Origin: Eledone cirrhosa
Lineage: Eukaryota
Assembly: GCA_964016885.1 (NCBI GenBank)
Contig: OZ024743.1
Span: forward strand, 307,396,001-307,460,000
Length of the DNA stretch: 64,000 nucleotides
Direction of reading: 5' to 3'
Shown: positions 38,975 through 54,761 of the stretch, one piece after another
Numbering within the stretch: the first letter of the stretch is position 1
How the letters are laid out: every line of letters begins with the position of its first letter
Program-made: the position numbers and the translations under genes
Notes under the pieces: generated by a model
What the model saw: the letters and a program-made list of their open reading frames with translations, nothing else
What the model was told of the DNA's origin: nothing
Databases searched by the model: none

Positions 38975-40750
38975 TGAACTTTAGTCTTAGCCAGGTTAAT
39001 TTTAAGGCCTTTTGATTCTAGGCCGTGCTTCCATGTTTGGAATTTCTTCTCTAGCTCGGCCATTGATTCAGCTATGAGCGTTAGATCATCTGCGTATAGG
39101 AGTTCCCATGGGCAGCCGGTCTTGAACTCCACTGTTATAGCCTGGAGGGCAATAATAAATAGTAGGGGGCTAAGAACAGATCCCTGATGAACACCAACTT
39201 TTACACTAAACTCTTCACTATATTCGTTGTTAATTCTAACCTTGCTGACTGTTTCTTTATACATGGCTTGTATAGTTCTCACAAGCCATTCATCAACACC
39301 TAGTTTTCTAAGAGCCCACCAGATAATGGAACGGGGGACTCTGTCGAAGGCCTTCTCCAAGTCGACGAAAGCTAAGTATAGGGGTTTACTTTTAGCTAGG
39401 TACTTCTCCTGTAGTTGTCGTACAATGAAAAGAGCGTCTGTGGTACTTTTTCCTGACACAAACCCGAACTGCATTTCAACTAGATCAATTCGCTCTCTGA
39501 TTAGTTGCGCTATTACTTTTTCTGTGACCTTCATGACCTGGTCGATTAATTTAATGCCTCTATAGTTACTCCTATCTAGGGCATCTCCTTTACCCTTATA
39601 ACAGTTAACGATGATGCTGCTACGCCAGTCCTTCGGAACAACCCCATTCTGTATGACTTGGTTGACTATCCGGGTGACCATGGTGTGTCTCACCGTACCA
39701 GATGCCTTCAGCATCTCGGCAACTATTTCCGAAGGCCCAGCTGCCTTGCCTGTCTTCATATCTTTGATTGCCTTACTTATTATACTACCCTCGACTAACA
39801 CTGCTGGTCCCTCTATTGGGTCGATGTGGGGGAGACTGTCTTTCTCCCATTTATTCTCCTCATTTAGTAGCCTTGCATAGTGACACTTCCAAGCTACCTT
39901 CTTATCGGCGTCGGTGATAGCAAGTACGCCGTCATCGTTAAGTACACACTTCTCCCCGACAATATCACTGTTTTCCTTGACACATTGCCTAGCAATCCTG
40001 AACACCTCACGTTTTTGGTCCTCACGTTGTAGAACATGCTTGAACTTTCTTTCCTCTGCTTCCCTTCTTGCGAAGTACACTTGTCTCCTAGCTTCCCTCC
40101 TGGCCACTTGATAGTCTTCTCTGCTTCCCCCATCCCGCCATACTTTCCAACCCTGCTTTTTGGCCTTAATTGACCCCTCCACCTTACTGTTCCACCACCA
40201 TGTTACTCTCCTCCTGCCTACAAGCCTGCTCCAGCCACAGACTTCGTCTGTCGCCGTCAGCAGGTTTGCTTTCAGGAATTCCCACTGTTCCTCTACCTTG
40301 TACGATTGCTCTTCCTTACTGTCGAAAGCATCAAGTAATATGCTTTGGAATTTATTTTTGTCTGTGGGGTCCTTTAGCTTCCATATTTTTCTCCTGAGGG
40401 TAGTCCTCTTCTGTTGTCTAGTACGTCTCGTCCTGACTATTAGGTCGCTAATTATCAGTCTATGTTGGGAGGTGCATTCTTCATCGGGGAGGGATTTAGT
40501 GTTTACAACAGTCACTTTGTCACGTCTTCAGGTAAGGATATAATCTACCTGGCTGGTATGTTCCCCTGATCTGTAGGTGATCAAGTGATTGTCTCGTTTT
40601 TTGAAGTTAGTGTTGCAGATAGTTAGGTTATTTGCGTCACAGAATTCCAGGATTCTGGAGCCTTCCTCATTTCTAGTACCAAACCCATAGCCTCCATGGA
40701 TTTCGTCGTAGCCGTCACAATGTTGTCCAACGTGACCGTTTAGGTCGCCT
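38975..40750 (-). mobile_element. RTE LINE internal fragment (end of APE + RT)
   Basis: GDLNGHVG, KAAGPS, YKGKGD, NYRGIKL, QFGF, DLEKAFD, QGSVLSP, YADD. Confidence 0.93.
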
Positions 40751-40782
40751 ATATATATATATTATATATATATATTATATAT

Positions 40783-40859
<77 letters not shown>

Positions 40860-40860
40860 T

Positions 40861-42394
40861 ATGTCGACCTTGAGAAAGCCTTTGACAGAGTTCCACGTGC
40901 AGTAATCTGGTGGGCTCTTAGAAAACTAGGAGTAGATGAATGGCTTGTGAAAGCGGTACAAGCCATGTATAGGGGAGCAGTCAGCAAAGTTAGGATTGGC
41001 AATGAGTATAGCGAGGAATTTAGCGTACAGGTTGGGGTCCACCAGGGCTCTGTTCTTAGCCCTCTCCTGTTCATCATAGTCCTGCAGGCAATAACGGAGG
41101 AGTTTAAGACCGGATGCCCATGGGAACTCCTGTATGCTGATGACCTCGCACTCATAGCTGAATCTATGGTAGAACTAGAGAATAAATTCCAAACCTGGAA
41201 GCAGGGACTAGAGAGAAAGGGCCTCAAAGTCAACATGACAAAGACTAAGGTCCTTATAAGTAGACGAGAAAACAGAACCCAGATCCCCTCAGGGAAATGG
41301 CCTTGCTCAGTATGTAGGAAAGGTGTAGGTAGGAACTCCATTCTTTGCCCCAAATGCAAACAATGGGTACACAAGAGATGTAGCGGGATCTCAGGAAGCT
41401 TAATTAAGAATGTAGGATTCACATGCAGCAGCTGTGCTGAAACAGCAAGCAAACAGCCACGGAAACAAGTACCACCAATCTCTGGGAGGGCCCTGTAGAA
41501 ACAGTAGACAGCTTCTGCTACCTAGGTGACCGAATTAGCAACGGAGGTGGGTGCTCAGAAAGTACAATAACTAGGGTAAGAACGGGATGGAAGAAGTTTA
41601 GGGAACTACTACCACTGCTAGCTGCAAAAGGCTTCTCCCTCAGAATGAAAGGCAGACTGTATGATGCGTGTATCCGAACAGCGATGTTGCATGGTAGTGA
41701 GACCTGGGCGCTGAAGGTGGAAGACTTACGTAGATTAGAGAGAAACGAAGCCTGCATGCTCCGATGGATGTGTAACAGTAATATACGTGAACGACAAAGC
41801 ATAAATGAATTGAGAGAGAGACTGAGCATAAGAGGAATCAAATGCTGCGTGCAGGAGAGGCGGTTACGCTGGTATGGACATGTGATGCGTATGAAGGATG
41901 ACAGCTGCATAAAAAGGTGCAGAGCACTAGAAGTTGATGGAAACCGCGGAGTGGGGAGACCCAAGATGACTTGGGATGAGGTGATAAAAGCCGACCTTAC
42001 CCAACTACACCTCTCAAAGTCAATGACACACGACCGTGACTTCTGGCGTCACGCAGTAATACAGGGTACCCGACCTCCCATGGGTACATGCTGAAGCATA
42101 TAAACAATATGCCCCCCCCCCCCCCCACCGCAAGGTGGTCGTGGAGGTGCCACGGCAAAAAAGCACCCAGCCCACACTGTAAAGTGGACGTGTAGGCGCC
42201 ACGAAAAAGCACCCAGCACTCACTGTAAATGAGGTTGGTGTTAGGAAGGGCATCCAGCTGTAGAAATCAAGCCAGATCAGTTCCTGTATGAGCAAGGCAT
42301 GGTCAGCCGACCAGACACTGCCCACAACAGGACAACCCGTCTAACCCATGCTAGCGTGGAAGAACGGACGTAAAATGGTGATGATGATGATGAT
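40861..42394 (+). mobile_element. 5'-truncated RTE LINE (RT, Cys/His finger, 3'UTR, (ATG)n tail)
   Basis: ORFs 40947-41498 and 41645-42094; one frameshift. Confidence 0.93.
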
Positions 42395-43148
<754 letters not shown>

Positions 43149-46100
43149 ATTTACAGAAACCCATGAAGCTAGATTTAACACCTTTCTAGTGGGTCCGGGT
43201 ATGATTTTACATTCATTTAAATTATTGACGTATTGTTTTATTGATATTTTTTATCTGTTTGGCCCGAATCTTCCTTTATCGATTTTAAATCGTATGGTTG
43301 ATTGTAGACTTGTTCTATATGTGACGGTATTTTAACGATAGTTATAGCTCTGATTCATCTGAATTATTGAGCCCTCTGCCGCTCATATCGAATTTCGTTT
43401 TTCGTGAACTCGTGCGCCGATTTTTCGATACTCGATCTTTCTAATATATTTAGCTCTGGACATAGCTATCCACCAGTTAATTTTATTGCTCATTTTTTGT
43501 CGATTCTATTGAGTGATGAATAGCTTTTGTTTTATTTTAACATGTCTATTGAGCACTCTAATTCGATATGTGTATTTCCACATTCACTCGAATTGTTTTC
43601 GCGGATATAGGGGTCATCTCCCTTGTCTAATGCCATGTGCGTTTTTCACCGCTAGTTGACTCCTTTGCCGCCAGGATAAAACTCGTTGACAACGTAAACT
43701 CCGTTCCACTTATTCTAGGAGGCTTTTATATTTATATGTGAGCTGATAGAGTACTGTCTAAGGATTTACAGAAACCCATGAAGCTAGATTTAACACCTTT
43801 CTAGTGGGTCCGGGTATGATTTTACATTCATTTAAATTATTGACGTATTGTTTTATTGATATTTTTTATCTGTTTGGCCCGAATCTTCCTTTATCGATTT
43901 TAAATCGTATGGTTGATTGTAGACTTGTTCTATATGTGACGGTATTTTAACGATAGTTATAGCTCTGATTCATCTGAATTATTGAGCCCTCTGCCGCTCA
44001 TATCGAATTTCGTTTTTCGTGAACTCGTGCGCCGATTTTTCGATACTCGATCTTTCTAATATATTTAGCTCTGGACATAGCTATCCACCAGTTAATTTTA
44101 TTGCTCATTTTTTGTCGATTCTATTGAGTGATGAATAGCTTTTGTTTTATTTTAACATGTCTATTGAGCACTCTAATTCGATATGTGTATTTCCACATTC
44201 ACTCGAATTGTTTTCGCGGATATAGGGGTCATCTCCCTTGTCTAATGCCATGTGCGTTTTTCACCGCTAGTTGACTCCTTTGCCGCCAGGATAAAACTCG
44301 TTGACAACGTAAACTCCGTTCCACTTATTCTAGTAGGCTTTTATATTTATATGTGAGCTGATAGAGTACTGTCTAAGGATTTACAGAAACCCATGAAGCT
44401 AGATTTAACACCTTTCTAGTGGGTCCGGGTATGATTTTACATTCATTTAAATTATTGACGTATTGTTTTATTGATATTTTTTATCTGTTTGGCCCGAATC
44501 TTCCTTTATCGATTTTAAATCGTATGGTTGATTGTAGACTTGTTCTATATGTGACGGTATTTTAACGATAGTTATAGCTCTGATTCATCTGAATTATTGA
44601 GCCCTCTGCCGCTCATATCGAATTTCGTTTTTCGTGAACTCGTGCGCCGATTTTTCGATACTCGATCTTTCTAATATATTTAGCTCTGGACATAGCTATC
44701 CACCAGTTAATTTTATTGCTCATTTTTTGTCGATTCTATTGAGTGATGAATAGCTTTTGTTTTATTTTAACATGTCTATTGAGCACTCTAATTCGATATG
44801 TGTATTTCCACATTCACTCGAATTGTTTTCGCGGATATAGGGGTCATCTCCCTTGTCTAATGCCATGTGCGTTTTTCACCGCTAGTTGACTCCTTTGCCG
44901 CCAGGATAAAACTCGTTGACAACGTAAACTCCGTTCCACTTATTCTAGTAGGCTTTTATATTTATATGTGAGCTGATAGAGTACTGTCTAAGGATTTACA
45001 GAAACCCATGAAGCTAGATTTAACACCTTTCTAGTGGGTCCGGGTATGATTTTACATTCATTTAAATTATTGACGTATTGTTTTATTGATATTTTTTATC
45101 TGTTTGGCCCGAATCTTCCTTTATCGATTTTAAATCGTATGGTTGATTGTAGACTTGTTCTATATGTGACGGTATTTTAACGATAGTTATAGCTCTGATT
45201 CATCTGAATTATTGAGCCCTCTGCCGCTCATATCGAATTTCGTTTTTCGTGAACTCGTGCGCCGATTTTTCGATACTCGATCTTTCTAATATATTTAGCT
45301 CTGGACATAGCTATCCACCAGTTAATTTTATTGCTCATTTTTTGTCGATTCTATTGAGTGATGAATAGCTTTTGTTTTATTTTAACATGTCTATTGAGCA
45401 CTCTAATTCGATATGTGTATTTCCACATTCACTCGAATTGTTTTCGCGGATATAGGGGTCATCTCCCTTGTCTAATGCCATGTGCGTTTTTCACCGCTAG
45501 TTGACTCCTTTGCCGCCAGGATAAAACTCGTTGACAACGTAAACTCCGTTCCACTTATTCTAGTAGGCTTTTATATTTATATGTGAGCTGATAGAGTACT
45601 GTCTAAGGATTTACAGAAACCCATGAAGCTAGATTTAACACCTTTCTAGTGGGTCCGGGTATGATTTTACATTCATTTAAATTATTGACGTATTGTTTTA
45701 TTGATATTTTTTATCTGTTTGGCCCGAATCTTCCTTTATCGATTTTAAATCGTATGGTTGATTGTAGACTTGTTCTATATGTGACGGTATTTTAACGATA
45801 GTTATAGCTCTGATTCATCTGAATTATTGAGCCCTCTGCCGCTCATATCGAATTTCGTTTTTCGTGAACTCGTGCGCCGATTTTTCGATACTCGATCTTT
45901 CTAATATATTTAGCTCTGGACATAGCTATCCACCAGTTAATTTTATTGCTCATTTTTTGTCGATTCTATTGAGTGATGAATAGCTTTTGTTTTATTTTAA
46001 CATGTCTATTGAGCACTCTAATTCGATATGTGTATTTCCACATTCACTCGAATTGTTTTCGCGGATATAGGGGTCATCTCCCTTGTCTAATGCCATGTGC

Positions 46101-49100
46101 GTTTTTCACCGCTAGTTGACTCCTTTGCCGCCAGGATAAAACTCGTTGACAACGTAAACTCCGTTCCACTTATTCTAGTAGGCTTTTATATTTATATGTG
46201 AGCTGATAGAGTACTGTCTAAGGATTTACAGAAACCCATGAAGCTAGATTTAACACCTTTCTAGTGGGTCCGGGTATGATTTTACATTCATTTAAATTAT
46301 TGACGTATTGTTTTATTGATATTTTTTATCTGTTTGGCCCGAATCTTCCTTTATCGATTTTAAATCGTATGGTTGATTGTAGACTTGTTCTATATGTGAC
46401 GGTATTTTAACGATAGTTATAGCTCTGATTCATCTGAATTATTGAGCCCTCTGCCGCTCATATCGAATTTCGTTTTTCGTGAACTCGTGCGCCGATTTTT
46501 CGATACTCGATCTTTCTAATATATTTAGCTCTGGACATAGCTATCCACCAGTTAATTTTATTGCTCATTTTTTGTCGATTCTATTGAGTGATGAATAGCT
46601 TTTGTTTTATTTTAACATGTCTATTGAGCACTCTAATTCGATATGTGTATTTCCACATTCACTCGAATTGTTTTCGCGGATATAGGGGTCATCTCCCTTG
46701 TCTAATGCCATGTGCGTTTTTCACCGCTAGTTGACTCCTTTGCCGCCAGGATAAAACTCGTTGACAACGTAAACTCCGTTCCACTTATTCTAGTAGGCTT
46801 TTATATTTATATGTGAGCTGATAGAGTACTGTCTAAGGATTTACAGAAACCCATGAAGCTAGATTTAACACCTTTCTAGTGGGTCCGGGTATGATTTTAC
46901 ATTCATTTAAATTATTGACGTATTGTTTTATTGATATTTTTTATCTGTTTGGCCCGAATCTTCCTTTATCGATTTTAAATCGTATGGTTGATTGTAGACT
47001 TGTTCTATATGTGACGGTATTTTAACGATAGTTATAGCTCTGATTCATCTGAATTATTGAGCCCTCTGCCGCTCATATCGAATTTCGTTTTTCGTGAACT
47101 CGTGCGCCGATTTTTCGATACTCGATCTTTCTAATATATTTAGCTCTGGACATAGCTATCCACCAGTTAATTTTATTGCTCATTTTTTGTCGATTCTATT
47201 GAGTGATGAATAGCTTTTGTTTTATTTTAACATGTCTATTGAGCACTCTAATTCGATATGTGTATTTCCACATTCACTCGAATTGTTTTCGCGGATATAG
47301 GGGTCATCTCCCTTGTCTAATGCCATGTGCGTTTTTCACCGCTAGTTGACTCCTTTGCCGCCAGGATAAAACTCGTTGACAACGTAAACTCCGTTCCACT
47401 TATTCTAGTAGGCTTTTATATTTATATGTGAGCTGATAGAGTACTGTCTAAGGATTTACAGAAACCCATGAAGCTAGATTTAACACCTTTCTAGTGGGTC
47501 CGGGTATGATTTTACATTCATTTAAATTATTGACGTATTGTTTTATTGATATTTTTTATCTGTTTGGCCCGAATCTTCCTTTATCGATTTTAAATCGTAT
47601 GGTTGATTGTAGACTTGTTCTATATGTGACGGTATTTTAACGATAGTTATAGCTCTGATTCATCTGAATTATTGAGCCCTCTGCCGCTCATATCGAATTT
47701 CGTTTTTCGTGAACTCGTGCGCCGATTTTTCGATACTCGATCTTTCTAATATATTTAGCTCTGGACATAGCTATCCACCAGTTAATTTTATTGCTCATTT
47801 TTTGTCGATTCTATTGAGTGATGAATAGCTTTTGTTTTATTTTAACATGTCTATTGAGCACTCTAATTCGATATGTGTATTTCCACATTCACTCGAATTG
47901 TTTTCGCGGATATAGGGGTCATCTCCCTTGTCTAATGCCATGTGCGTTTTTCACCGCTAGTTGACTCCTTTGCCGCCAGGATAAAACTCGTTGACAACGT
48001 AAACTCCGTTCCACTTATTCTAGTAGGCTTTTATATTTATATGTGAGCTGATAGAGTACTGTCTAAGGATTTACAGAAACCCATGAAGCTAGATTTAACA
48101 CCTTTCTAGTGGGTCCGGGTATGATTTTACATTCATTTAAATTATTGACGTATTGTTTTATTGATATTTTTTATCTGTTTGGCCCGAATCTTCCTTTATC
48201 GATTTTAAATCGTATGGTTGATTGTAGACTTGTTCTATATGTGACGGTATTTTAACGATAGTTATAGCTCTGATTCATCTGAATTATTGAGCCCTCTGCC
48301 GCTCATATCGAATTTCGTTTTTCGTGAACTCGTGCGCCGATTTTTCGATACTCGATCTTTCTAATATATTTAGCTCTGGACATAGCTATCCACCAGTTAA
48401 TTTTATTGCTCATTTTTTGTCGATTCTATTGAGTGATGAATAGCTTTTGTTTTATTTTAACATGTCTATTGAGCACTCTAATTCGATATGTGTATTTCCA
48501 CATTCACTCGAATTGTTTTCGCGGATATAGGGGTCATCTCCCTTGTCTAATGCCATGTGCGTTTTTCACCGCTAGTTGACTCCTTTGCCGCCAGGATAAA
48601 ACTCGTTGACAACGTAAACTCCGTTCCACTTATTCTAGTAGGCTTTTATATTTATATGTGAGCTGATAGAGTACTGTCTAAGGATTTACAGAAACCCATG
48701 AAGCTAGATTTAACACCTTTCTAGTGGGTCCGGGTATGATTTTACATTCATTTAAATTATTGACGTATTGTTTTATTGATATTTTTTATCTGTTTGGCCC
48801 GAATCTTCCTTTATCGATTTTAAATCGTATGGTTGATTGTAGACTTGTTCTATATGTGACGGTATTTTAACGATAGTTATAGCTCTGATTCATCTGAATT
48901 ATTGAGCCCTCTGCCGCTCATATCGAATTTCGTTTTTCGTGAACTCGTGCGCCGATTTTTCGATACTCGATCTTTCTAATATATTTAGCTCTGGACATAG
49001 CTATCCACCAGTTAATTTTATTGCTCATTTTTTGTCGATTCTATTGAGTGATGAATAGCTTTTGTTTTATTTTAACATGTCTATTGAGCACTCTAATTCG

Positions 49101-52100
49101 ATATGTGTATTTCCACATTCACTCGAATTGTTTTCGCGGATATAGGGGTCATCTCCCTTGTCTAATGCCATGTGCGTTTTTCACCGCTAGTTGACTCCTT
49201 TGCCGCCAGGATAAAACTCGTTGACAACGTAAACTCCGTTCCACTTATTCTAGTAGGCTTTTATATTTATATGTGAGCTGATAGAGTACTGTCTAAGGAT
49301 TTACAGAAACCCATGAAGCTAGATTTAACACCTTTCTAGTGGGTCCGGGTATGATTTTACATTCATTTAAATTATTGACGTATTGTTTTATTGATATTTT
49401 TTATCTGTTTGGCCCGAATCTTCCTTTATCGATTTTAAATCGTATGGTTGATTGTAGACTTGTTCTATATGTGACGGTATTTTAACGATAGTTATAGCTC
49501 TGATTCATCTGAATTATTGAGCCCTCTGCCGCTCATATCGAATTTCGTTTTTCGTGAACTCGTGCGCCGATTTTTCGATACTCGATCTTTCTAATATATT
49601 TAGCTCTGGACATAGCTATCCACCAGTTAATTTTATTGCTCATTTTTTGTCGATTCTATTGAGTGATGAATAGCTTTTGTTTTATTTTAACATGTCTATT
49701 GAGCACTCTAATTCGATATGTGTATTTCCACATTCACTCGAATTGTTTTCGCGGATATAGGGGTCATCTCCCTTGTCTAATGCCATGTGCGTTTTTCACC
49801 GCTAGTTGACTCCTTTGCCGCCAGGATAAAACTCGTTGACAACGTAAACTCCGTTCCACTTATTCTAGTAGGCTTTTATATTTATATGTGAGCTGATAGA
49901 GTACTGTCTAAGGATTTACAGAAACCCATGAAGCTAGATTTAACACCTTTCTAGTGGGTCCGGGTATGATTTTACATTCATTTAAATTATTGACGTATTG
50001 TTTTATTGATATTTTTTATCTGTTTGGCCCGAATCTTCCTTTATCGATTTTAAATCGTATGGTTGATTGTAGACTTGTTCTATATGTGACGGTATTTTAA
50101 CGATAGTTATAGCTCTGATTCATCTGAATTATTGAGCCCTCTGCCGCTCATATCGAATTTCGTTTTTCGTGAACTCGTGCGCCGATTTTTCGATACTCGA
50201 TCTTTCTAATATATTTAGCTCTGGACATAGCTATCCACCAGTTAATTTTATTGCTCATTTTTTGTCGATTCTATTGAGTGATGAATAGCTTTTGTTTTAT
50301 TTTAACATGTCTATTGAGCACTCTAATTCGATATGTGTATTTCCACATTCACTCGAATTGTTTTCGCGGATATAGGGGTCATCTCCCTTGTCTAATGCCA
50401 TGTGCGTTTTTCACCGCTAGTTGACTCCTTTGCCGCCAGGATAAAACTCGTTGACAACGTAAACTCCGTTCCACTTATTCTAGTAGGCTTTTATATTTAT
50501 ATGTGAGCTGATAGAGTACTGTCTAAGGATTTACAGAAACCCATGAAGCTAGATTTAACACCTTTCTAGTGGGTCCGGGTATGATTTTACATTCATTTAA
50601 ATTATTGACGTATTGTTTTATTGATATTTTTTATCTGTTTGGCCCGAATCTTCCTTTATCGATTTTAAATCGTATGGTTGATTGTAGACTTGTTCTATAT
50701 GTGACGGTATTTTAACGATAGTTATAGCTCTGATTCATCTGAATTATTGAGCCCTCTGCCGCTCATATCGAATTTCGTTTTTCGTGAACTCGTGCGCCGA
50801 TTTTTCGATACTCGATCTTTCTAATATATTTAGCTCTGGACATAGCTATCCACCAGTTAATTTTATTGCTCATTTTTTGTCGATTCTATTGAGTGATGAA
50901 TAGCTTTTGTTTTATTTTAACATGTCTATTGAGCACTCTAATTCGATATGTGTATTTCCACATTCACTCGAATTGTTTTCGCGGATATAGGGGTCATCTC
51001 CCTTGTCTAATGCCATGTGCGTTTTTCACCGCTAGTTGACTCCTTTGCCGCCAGGATAAAACTCGTTGACAACGTAAACTCCGTTCCACTTATTCTAGTA
51101 GGCTTTTATATTTATATGTGAGCTGATAGAGTACTGTCTAAGGATTTACAGAAACCCATGAAGCTAGATTTAACACCTTTCTAGTGGGTCCGGGTATGAT
51201 TTTACATTCATTTAAATTATTGACGTATTGTTTTATTGATATTTTTTATCTGTTTGGCCCGAATCTTCCTTTATCGATTTTAAATCGTATGGTTGATTGT
51301 AGACTTGTTCTATATGTGACGGTATTTTAACGATAGTTATAGCTCTGATTCATCTGAATTATTGAGCCCTCTGCCGCTCATATCGAATTTCGTTTTTCGT
51401 GAACTCGTGCGCCGATTTTTCGATACTCGATCTTTCTAATATATTTAGCTCTGGACATAGCTATCCACCAGTTAATTTTATTGCTCATTTTTTGTCGATT
51501 CTATTGAGTGATGAATAGCTTTTGTTTTATTTTAACATGTCTATTGAGCACTCTAATTCGATATGTGTATTTCCACATTCACTCGAATTGTTTTCGCGGA
51601 TATTAGGGGTCATCTCCCTTGTCTAATGCCATGTGCGTTTTTCACCGCTAGTTGACTCCTTTGCCGCCAGGATAAAACTCGTTGACAACGTAAACTCCGT
51701 TCACTTATTCTAGTAGGCTTTTATATTTATATGTGAGCTGATAGAGTACTGTCTAAGGATTTACAGAAACCCATGAAGCTAGATTTAACACCTTTCTAGT
51801 GGGTCCGGGTATGATTTTACATTCATTTAAATTATTGACGTATTGTTTTATTGATATTTTTTATCTGTTTGGCCCGAATCTTCCTTTATCGATTTTAAAT
51901 CGTATGGTTGATTGTAGACTTGTTCTATATGTGACGGTATTTTAACGATAGTTATAGCTCTGATTCATCTGAATTATTGAGCCCTCTGCCGCTCATATCG
52001 AATTTCGTTTTTCGTGAACTCGTGCGCCGATTTTTCGATACTCGATCTTTCTAATATATTTAGCTCTGGACATAGCTATCCACCAGTTAATTTTATTGCT

Positions 52101-52672
52101 CATTTTTTGTCGATTCTATTGAGTGATGAATAGCTTTTGTTTTATTTTAACATGTCTATTGAGCACTCTAATTCGATATGTGTATTTCCACATTCACTCG
52201 AATTGTTTTCGCGGATATAGGGGTCATCTCCCTTGTCTAATGCCATGTGCGTTTTTCACCGCTAGTTGACTCCTTTGCCGCCAGGATAAAACTCGTTGAC
52301 AACGTAAACTCCGTTCCACTTATTCTAGTAGGCTTTTATATTTATATGTGAGCTGATAGAGTACTGTCTAAGGATTTACAGAAACCCATGAAGCTAGATT
52401 TAACACCTTTCTAGTGGGTCCGGGTATGATTTTACATTCATTTAAATTATTGACGTATTGTTTTATTGATATTTTTTATCTGTTTGGCCCGAATCTTCCT
52501 TTATCGATTTTAAATCGTATGGTTGATTGTAGACTTGTTCTATATGTGACGGTATTTTAACGATAGTTATAGCTCTGATTCATCTGAATTATTGAGCCCT
52601 CTGCCGCTCATATCGAATTTCGTTTTTCGTGAACTCGTGCGCCGATTTTTCGATACTCGATCTTTCTAATAT
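43149..52672 (+). repeat. Tandem array of 615-bp non-coding units, about 15.5 copies
   Basis: TTACAGAAACCCATG recurs at 43151, 43766, 44381 and onward every 615 bp; units almost identical. Confidence 0.99.
43736..43827 (+). ncRNA. Candidate atypical hammerhead-like motif (one per 615-bp unit)
   Basis: atgtgag-CTGATAG-agta...taca-GAAA-ccca...ctaga/tctag-tggg-TC-...tttacat; good stem III, weak stems I and II, non-canonical core. Confidence 0.4.
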
Positions 52673-53644
<972 letters not shown>

Positions 53645-53646
<2 letters not shown>

Positions 53647-54705
53647 TGTAACGTCAAAGTTGTTGGGTGTGTTTTTACGCGTCCAAAGTGTATCTTCGAA
53701 TTTGATGATAGGCCTACGGGCGGCTAGTATAACATCAATCTGGGGTCGCGTAAGACTAGACATTCGCATGGCCATAATTAGGGCCTTATTAAGGAAGATA
53801 GATGAAATTGACGTGTAATAGGCGTCAATATCAAACTGGATAAACCTATTAGACTCAAGCTTATTAATACCAGAGAACCAATCAATAACATCCTTAGTAT
53901 TCCCCCATAGATTAAAATGAACCTTTTCCCTAGCGGTAGGTATAATCAGGTCAAGAATTTTGTTACTAATTATAGCTATATCAGACTTAAAAGGACTGAT
54001 AAGTCTAACAGAAGAATTACTTATGAAGTCTACCTTATGATCCTTAAGTGTGAATCTCGGTTTCCTAGGGTAATATGGTTGGGTATACTTATCAAGACCC
54101 AGATCCGAAACTATCTTGAGGCCCTCATTATTGATTTGATCCAAATTATCCTGCGTAGTCTTTTTGTAATTTTTATGCAGCTCCTTATAAATAAAATTAC
54201 GGTAAGCAATATAATCCATAGAGTAAAGATTCTTAGTCTTGTCAGCCGGGACAAGAATAGACTTATTCCCTTTAAAACCCTTAACAATATTCTTAAGTTT
54301 AGACTGGAACCTGTCAAATTTATTATAGTTCCCATATTTATTATGCGGCTTATATTTTATATTTTTGACAAGGGAAAGTAAATCGTTCTCAAAATTATCT
54401 AATAGAACATTATGCGGTGGACTTTTATAAGTCTTGAAGCCAAAGTTATTGAATGGAGTCTTATCCCGGGGGTTAATCCTATTCCTATTATTATCAAAGT
54501 GGAAAGCACGCCATCTAATCCTTTTTACGAAGGAGTTGACGCTAGCAATCAAGAGTTTTTCATAAGTATTTCTAGAGGGGATGGGAATATTCTTCAGAGA
54601 TAAAGGCAAGTAGTTCTTTGTTAGCATACTGTCAGATATATATAAAGGCCAAAACATTGTTGGCTAATAAAGACTTTTGATGTATTGAAGGCCTCTTTGT
54701 TTATT
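53645..54705 (-). mobile_element. Naiad element 5' fragment (N-terminus + start of RT)
   Basis: ORF 53641-54657: SLKNIPIP, RIRWRAF, ADKT, LKDHK, QFDIDAYY. Confidence 0.9.
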
Positions 54706-54723
54706 TTTTATAATATATATATA

Positions 54724-54761
<38 letters not shown>

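Noticed and set aside
38975-42394. Single RTE insertion with 5' inversion (twin priming)
   Set aside because: The two oppositely oriented pieces overlap in RT and differ at many positions, so they belong to different subfamilies
43149-52672. CRISPR array, 5S/snRNA/tRNA gene array or protein-coding repeat (615 = 205 codons)
   Set aside because: No unique spacers, no recognisable 5S, snRNA or tRNA sequence, and no ORF of 60 aa or more within the units
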